12,578 bases of DNA from Pseudobdellovibrionaceae bacterium (GTDB taxonomy: Bacteria > Bdellovibrionota > Bdellovibrionia > Bdellovibrionales > Bdellovibrionaceae), in the NCBI GenBank assembly GCA_044359815.1, contig JBIKLL010000077.1, forward strand, positions 1-12,578. The letters run 5' to 3'. The notes below the pieces were generated by a model. That model was not told the DNA's origin. It was given only the letters and a program-made list of their open reading frames with translations, and made no database searches. Position numbers and translations under genes: made by a program. This document shows, in pieces, positions 7,467 through 12,578 of the stretch; the stretch's first letter is position 1, and each line of letters starts with the position of its first letter.

Positions 7467-8090
7467 ATGATTTTAGAGGTATTAAAATTTCCAGATCCCA
7501 GGCTCCGCGAAGTTTCTAAAGAGGTCACTCAGTTTGATCAGAAACTCAAAACCCTTTCTGAGAATATGCTTGAAACCATGTACGGTGAAAACGGTGTGGG
7601 ATTAGCGGCGCCACAGGTTGGCGAGCTGATCAGAATGCTGGTGATCGACACTAGGCCGCGGGATACGGGCGGCAGGTATGAGGAAAATCAGCTTGAGCCA
7701 TTGGAATCTATGGTTCAACAACCTTTAGTTATTATTAATCCCGAAATAGTCTCTCACGATGGTAAAACTACCTACGATGAAGGCTGTCTGAGCGTGCCTT
7801 CGTTTTATGAAACTGTAGACAGATTTAAAGTCATTGAACTTAAATATTTTGATGTCACGGGCAAGGAATGCCGGATACAAACTGACGGTCTGTTGTCGAT
7901 TTGCATTCAACATGAAATGGATCATTTGGAAGGCACTTTGTTTATCGATCATTTGAGCTTTTTGAAAAGCAACAAAATTAAAAATCACATTAAAAAATAC
8001 GGATATCCACCAAAAGGTTCTCGCTCACGGGGCGATGGAAAAAACGCAGAAACCGAGGACGAGTTAGAACCAGTGGAAGGAAAAAAGTAA
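7467..8090 (+). CDS. def: Peptide deformylase
   Basis: GVGLAAPQVG, EGCLS and QHEMDH (HExxH) motifs; directly upstream of fmt. Confidence 0.98.
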   Translation: MILEVLKFPDPRLREVSKEVTQFDQKLKTLSENMLETMYGENGVGLAAPQVGELIRMLVIDTRPRDTGGRYEENQLEPLESMVQQPLVIINPEIVSHDGKTTYDEGCLSVPSFYETVDRFKVIELKYFDVTGKECRIQTDGLLSICIQHEMDHLEGTLFIDHLSFLKSNKIKNHIKKYGYPPKGSRSRGDGKNAETEDELEPVEGKK

Positions 8091-8093
8091 TCA

Positions 8094-9041
8094 GTGAGTC
8101 GGATCAGGACTGTTTTTCTTGGGACTCCCGATTTTGCTGTGACTTGTCTGCAAGCCATGCTCGAGGACGATCATTTTGACATTGTAGGTGTGGTCACACA
8201 ACCTGACAGACCTTCTGGTCGTAAGATGCAGCTGACAAAAAGCCCTGTGCGGATATTGGCTGAAAAACACGGTCTTAGGATTTTAACACCAGAAAAAATG
8301 AATTTACCAGAAAACCAATTAGAAGTGGAAAAATGGGGAGCCGAAGTCGCCGTGGTCGTGGCCTTTGGACAGATTTTAAACACTCAATTTTTAAATATGT
8401 TCACCCACGGCTGCGTGAATGTTCACGCAAGCTTATTGCCACGTTGGCGGGGAGCCGCTCCGATTCAAAGGGCCATCGAGGCCGGTGACAAAGTCACAGG
8501 CGTGGCTTTGCAAAAAATGGTCAAAGAATTAGATGCCGGTGATGTTTTGGGTGTTAAAAAAATCCCAATCACTCAGGATATGAATTCCAAAGAGCTTCAT
8601 GATGCTTTGGCTCCACTGGGGGCAGAGCTTCTTAAGGTCGATCTGATGGATTATGTCCGCGGCAATTTAACACCTGAAAAACAAGACCCACAGTTTGTTA
8701 CCTACGCTAAAAAAATTGATAAGGCAGAAAGCCTGATCGCTTGGGATAGCGCTGAAAAGGTTCACAACAAAGTGCGAGCCTTTGTGTGGGGGCCTGGGAC
8801 TTATATGGTTTGGAATCAACTCAAGGTGAAAGTTCATAAAACTAAAGTCATTGATACCAATACGACTCCAATGAAATCTGATTCTATCGGCAGCATTATC
8901 AAGGTTTCCGATGAGGGCATCGATATACAAACTGGCCTTGGCATTGTGCGCCTGCTTGAATTGCAACCGGAATCACGCAATAAAATGTATGCAACTGAAT
9001 TTATCAAAGGCTACGGAATTAAAGCCGGTGATAAAGTTTAG
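8094..9041 (+). CDS. fmt: Methionyl-tRNA formyltransferase
   Basis: FLGTPDFA, VVTQPDRPSGR, VVAFGQIL, NVHASLLPRWRGAAPIQRAI and LDAGD; GTG start. Confidence 0.98.
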   Translation: MSRIRTVFLGTPDFAVTCLQAMLEDDHFDIVGVVTQPDRPSGRKMQLTKSPVRILAEKHGLRILTPEKMNLPENQLEVEKWGAEVAVVVAFGQILNTQFLNMFTHGCVNVHASLLPRWRGAAPIQRAIEAGDKVTGVALQKMVKELDAGDVLGVKKIPITQDMNSKELHDALAPLGAELLKVDLMDYVRGNLTPEKQDPQFVTYAKKIDKAESLIAWDSAEKVHNKVRAFVWGPGTYMVWNQLKVKVHKTKVIDTNTTPMKSDSIGSIIKVSDEGIDIQTGLGIVRLLELQPESRNKMYATEFIKGYGIKAGDKV

Positions 9042-9084
9042 TACAGGCAATTGACTGTAGCTTGATTGCTGAAAGGTCAAAACT

Positions 9085-9741
9085 ATGAATCAAAAATTAA
9101 TTGCTCCATCAATCCTGTCAGCAGATTTTGCAAAACTGGGGCAGGAAATCACTGACGTCACAGCCGCCGGAGCTGATTGGATTCATGTGGATGTGATGGA
9201 TGGGCATTTTGTACCTAACCTGACGATTGGCATGCCTGTGGTGGCTGCGTTGAAAAAATTCTGTAAAATCCCATTAGACGTTCATTTGATGATCGATAAA
9301 CCCGAAAAATACATCGCAGAGTTTTGCAAAGCAGGCAGCGACAGTCTGACAATTCATGTAGAAGCCACTGATCAACCAGATAAAGTTTTACGAATGATCA
9401 AGGATTTGAAAGTCAAACCTGGGATCAGTCTGCGACCCAAAACAGCTCTGTCCAAAATTGAACCTTTGCTGTCACAGGTGGATTTAGTGTTGGTTATGAC
9501 TGTGGAGCCAGGATTTGGTGGACAGGGTTTTATGCTGGATCAGGTAGCAAAAATAGACGAGCTGAAAAAAATCCGTGAAGAAAAAGGTTATAAGTATTTG
9601 ATCGAAGTCGACGGTGGTGTCAGCGATCAAACTGTAGGGCATTTAAAAAATGCAGATGTGCTGGTGGCTGGCAGTTTTGTATTTCAAAAACCCGGATCAA
9701 TAGAAAAATATCAGGAACAAATCAGAAAGCTTCGGGCATGA
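9085..9741 (+). CDS. rpe: Ribulose-phosphate 3-epimerase
   Basis: IAPSILSADF, HVDVMDGHFVPNLT, DVHLM, VMTVEPGFGGQ and IEVDGG. Confidence 0.98.
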   Translation: MNQKLIAPSILSADFAKLGQEITDVTAAGADWIHVDVMDGHFVPNLTIGMPVVAALKKFCKIPLDVHLMIDKPEKYIAEFCKAGSDSLTIHVEATDQPDKVLRMIKDLKVKPGISLRPKTALSKIEPLLSQVDLVLVMTVEPGFGGQGFMLDQVAKIDELKKIREEKGYKYLIEVDGGVSDQTVGHLKNADVLVAGSFVFQKPGSIEKYQEQIRKLRA

Positions 9742-10706
9742 GCCGAAAATTTATTCTGGGCATAGTCGGCATTTTGGTTTTAGTGCCAATCATTTTAGTA
9801 GTTCATATTGTAAATCCAGTTATAGCCATCAGGTTGAATAATTATGATTTTAAAGCCAGTCCCGAGAATCTGAACAGACATGTGACTGAATTATCGGCAA
9901 AGCCTTACAGAAATGTTTCAAACATTCAGGGTACAGAAAAGACTTTGAATTACATAAAAGCTGAATGGTCCCGACTGGGTTTGTCTGTGACCGAGCAAGA
10001 ATTTGATGTTTATAAAAACAAACATAAAAATCTGATCACTCGCATTGGGGACAGCAGCAAGCCATTGCTGGTGATTGGGGCTCATTATGACGTTTACAGT
10101 GATTACCCAGGGGCTGATGACAACGCTAGCGGCGTGGCGGGGATTTTAGAATTAGCCAGGTTATTGACCGAGAATTCGCATCTGGTAAATCATCCCATTG
10201 AGCTTGTGGCCTATGCTAACGAAGAACAGCCTTTTTACGATACAGAATTTATGGGATCCCTAATTCATGCAAAATCGCTAATCGAAAAAAAATCCTCTGC
10301 GGATCTGATGATCAGTCTTGAGATGATAGGGTATTTTACTGATGAACCAAAGTCTCAGATTTTTCCGGTCCAAATGATGAAGGGCTTTTATCCAACTACG
10401 GGGAATTTTATTGGATTGGTTTCAAACAGCCTCAATTGGTGGACAACCAGAAAAGTCAAAAGCCTGTTTACTAAGGCTGCTGATATTCCTACGTATTCGA
10501 TCAATTCACCGGCTTTTGTGGCTGGGATTGATTATTCTGACCACAGAAGCTATTGGTCCCAGGGCATTCCGGCTTTGATGGTCACAGACACGGCTTTTTA
10601 CCGAAACCGCAATTACCACACCGCCAATGATAGGCCCGAGACCTTAAATTATGACAAAATGGCCGAGGTCATTAACGGAGTGACATCTGTCGTCCTGGGT
10701 TGGTAA
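9738..10706 (+). CDS. M28 family metallopeptidase with N-terminal membrane anchor or signal
   Basis: GAHYD, GADDNASG, NEE, SLEMIG, SDH and YHT..D metal-ligand motifs; ATGA overlap with the rpe stop. Confidence 0.9.
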   Translation: MSRKFILGIVGILVLVPIILVVHIVNPVIAIRLNNYDFKASPENLNRHVTELSAKPYRNVSNIQGTEKTLNYIKAEWSRLGLSVTEQEFDVYKNKHKNLITRIGDSSKPLLVIGAHYDVYSDYPGADDNASGVAGILELARLLTENSHLVNHPIELVAYANEEQPFYDTEFMGSLIHAKSLIEKKSSADLMISLEMIGYFTDEPKSQIFPVQMMKGFYPTTGNFIGLVSNSLNWWTTRKVKSLFTKAADIPTYSINSPAFVAGIDYSDHRSYWSQGIPALMVTDTAFYRNRNYHTANDRPETLNYDKMAEVINGVTSVVLGW

Positions 10707-10796
10707 TTAGTATCTGGCAAAATTTTTGACAGGCTCATAAATTAGGTCGTTATTGGTTATTAATGATAGATTCAGTAATTAATAGTTTGTGATCGG

Positions 10797-10817
10797 TAAT
10801 ACGTAAAATCCGTATTA
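10797..10817. promoter_or_regulatory. Candidate transcription-factor operator (7-7-7 inverted repeat)
   Basis: taatacg-taaaatc-cgtatta, perfect 7-bp arms, upstream of the secreted orphan gene. Confidence 0.4.
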
Positions 10818-10859
10818 AGGAAAATTCGAAAAAGTAAAAATCAAGGGCAAAGAAAAAGG

Positions 10860-10905
10860 CAATGAAAACGACAATGAAAACGACAATGAAAACGACAATG
10901 AAAAC
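10860..10905 (+). repeat. 12-bp tandem repeat (caatgaaaacga) x3.8
   Basis: Perfect units at 10860, 10872 and 10884, and a 10-nt partial unit at 10896. Gives in-frame ATGs at 10862, 10874, 10886 and 10898 (MKTT repeats). Confidence 0.95.
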
Positions 10906-10927
10906 AAAAAATGAAAAGAGCACGAAA

Positions 10928-11485
10928 ATGAAATATTCCCGAAAACCCCAAAATGTTATCGCTAGATTGTTGTTTTTTGTTGTGGCGTTTATCGCAGGGC
11001 TTTTGACCTTTGAAACTGTTCAAGCAAATTCGATGGATACATTGATGTCAAAACATGTTCCTAATTTTAAAAATGGCACAGTGATTTGTTTTGAGAATTC
11101 GGTAGTGGCCTTGCCTAAATTAGCGATCAGATTTCAGGACAACAAAATTCAAAAAATCGCTTTAGCTATGGGCGAAATCGAAATGGGATTTGTGGACCAC
11201 GAGGAAGGGTCTGTAATTTTGCTTGGTGAAGGTTGGTCCAGGGGCGGCACATTGGGAATGAAGTTTTTTATCCAAATCGACGAACCCAGCAGCGTTTTAA
11301 ATAATCAAATCAGAAATAACTTTATTTCGGCCCGTATGCGAATCAGCCATCCAGCTCAGAAAATGGTTCATTATTTAAATGGCAATGAAAAGAAATATAA
11401 AATGTATTGCAACTCTTATTCAGCCAGCGAAACAGTCGCCATCGAATACGATGATGGTTATGAAAAAACCGAGCTTAAGTTTTAG
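10928..11485 (+). CDS. Hypothetical secreted protein
   Basis: ORF 10862-11485. From ATG 10928 it reads as a signal peptide MKYSRK...LLFFVVAFIAGLLTFETVQA|N. No family recognised. The start could be any of the upstream repeat ATGs. Confidence 0.65.
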   Translation: MKYSRKPQNVIARLLFFVVAFIAGLLTFETVQANSMDTLMSKHVPNFKNGTVICFENSVVALPKLAIRFQDNKIQKIALAMGEIEMGFVDHEEGSVILLGEGWSRGGTLGMKFFIQIDEPSSVLNNQIRNNFISARMRISHPAQKMVHYLNGNEKKYKMYCNSYSASETVAIEYDDGYEKTELKF

Positions 11486-11708
11486 TTTTATTAAATAACC
11501 AAAAAATCAATGACAGCACGACACTGATTAATATCGATGTCGTGATCGGAAAATAAAATTTAAAATTTTCTTTTTCAACCGCGATATCACCGGGCAGTTT
11601 GCCAAAATTCAAATAGGGTCCTAAAAGCTGCCAAACCACGGCCCCCAAAACCAGCATCAATCCAACGACAAACATCAATTTAGGCCCTTGATCAAAATTT
11701 ATATTCAT
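11475..11708 (-). CDS. DUF2905 family small membrane protein
   Basis: GKLPGDI..EKENFKFYFPITTSILISVVLSL motif between two hydrophobic helices. ATG 11708 is preceded by GGTAGGA; the ORF-track start at 11759 is less likely. Confidence 0.88.
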   Translation of the reverse strand: MNINFDQGPKLMFVVGLMLVLGAVVWQLLGPYLNFGKLPGDIAVEKENFKFYFPITTSILISVVLSLIFWLFNKTKT

Positions 11709-11758
11709 AGGCTTTCCTACCAAGGTAAAAACATTAATACTTACATCCACTGAATACA

Positions 11759-11958
11759 CAGGTTTACCTGACCTAGCAAAAGTTTTAGTTTTATATTTGT
11801 AAAAAGAAATCTCATTTTTAATTTAAGGTGGCACAGCTCCTGCTTCTCCGCTCGAGCGGTGCTCCCGTCGTCCAGGCTCCGCGGAGGCCACCTTAAATTA
11901 AAAATGAGATTTCTTTTTACAAATATAAAATTAAAAATTTTGTTGGGCAGTGAGCCTG
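11759..11958 (+). repeat. Long inverted-repeat hairpin with a GC-rich structured core
   Basis: 11789-11832 is perfectly complementary to 11887-11930 (44 bp). Pairing extends to 11759/11958 with 5 G-T wobbles, 1 G-A mismatch and 2 single-nt bulges. The 54-nt core 11833-11886 contains palindromes ccgctcgagcgg (11848-11859) and ctccgcggag (11877-11886). Confidence 0.95.
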
Positions 11959-12108
11959 GACTTAGATCTGAGGGGGTTGGCGATGGCGTTACATAATGCT
12001 TTTTTCTGATGGACTAAAACCAGATCTTGTCTTGTCAGAAGCTTGGAAAATCATAAAAATATTATTGAACAGTAAAAATTGAAATCTGAAAACTCAAGAG
12101 GAGTCATA

Positions 12109-12578
12109 ATGAAAAAGGGAATTTTATTTTTAACATTGGTAGTAATAGCAATCGCTTGTAGCAAGAAAAAAACGGATGAAGAATCCGAAGGCATATCAGA
12201 CAATGTCAGTAATATCATCGAAAGCGCACTGAGCGACGTCACGGCTTCAGCAGACAACGTTGATGGCTCAGTCTCATCAATGGTGGCAGATGGATTTAAT
12301 TTATTTGGCAGCGAAATCAGACCATTGGCGGCTTGTTCAATCGGTACTGCCAGGTCTTCTTGCAATACAACAGCTTTAACCAGAACAGTTGATTGGGCTG
12401 AGTGTTCAATCACGTTGTCGACTGGGGATGCCACATTGGATGGGACAGTAACTGAAACCTACAGTGGTTTTGGTGCGGCTTCTTGTACTATGACAGGAAA
12501 TAATTCGACAGTGAAGCGAGCCATCAGTTCGTCTGACCCAGTGATTTTGACTTTGCCTTCTGGCGCAAAAATCACCAC
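12109..12578 (+). CDS. Lipoprotein, 5' part (runs off the window; not in the ORF track)
   Basis: AGAGGAG RBS before ATG 12109; MKKGILFLTLVVIAIA-C17-SKKK lipoprotein signal. My translation has no stop to the window end; Ser/Thr-rich with four further Cys. Confidence 0.88.
   Translation, partial: MKKGILFLTLVVIAIACSKKKTDEESEGISDNVSNIIESALSDVTASADNVDGSVSSMVADGFNLFGSEIRPLAACSIGTARSSCNTTALTRTVDWAECSITLSTGDATLDGTVTETYSGFGAASCTMTGNNSTVKRAISSSDPVILTLPSGAKIT

Noticed and set aside
912..8966. Numerous 60-128 aa ORFs nested in or antisense to the recognised genes
   Set aside because: Shadow ORFs of well-supported genes, with no motifs or independent signals.
9042..9059. 18-bp near-palindrome tacaggcaattgactgta between fmt and rpe
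   Set aside because: No loop or U-tract for a terminator and a single occurrence, so no function can be supported.
12051..12434. 127-aa minus-strand ORF
   Set aside because: Antisense shadow of the lipoprotein gene starting at 12109, which has an RBS and a lipobox.

Overview
Chromosomal housekeeping region of a bacterium, most likely Bdellovibrionota or a related deltaproteobacterium (inferred from a RomR-type response regulator and the def-fmt-rpe order). A minus-strand run (romR, nadC, birA, AhpC/TSA-type thioredoxin-fold protein, GyrI-like protein, VTT/DedA-flavin disulfide oxidoreductase fusion) diverges from an LptF/LptG permease gene. These are followed by def, fmt, rpe, an M28 peptidase, a secreted orphan, a DUF2905-like protein and a lipoprotein truncated by the window edge and absent from the ORF track. 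The genes are mostly ordinary; the intergenic DNA is not. (1) 6990-7395 is a 406-bp nested fold-back element, A-X-B-Y-C-loop-C'-X'-B'-Y'-A', in which two GC-rich motifs swap places between the arms. (2) 11759-11958 is a long hairpin with a 44-bp perfect AT-rich stem, + strand G-U bias and a GC-rich core. (3) A second, inverted copy of that core lies at 1-33 next to a different AT-rich flank. Together these suggest a dispersed family of 'conserved core, variable arm' hairpin elements (non-autonomous mobile DNA or structured RNA) that I cannot assign to a known class.
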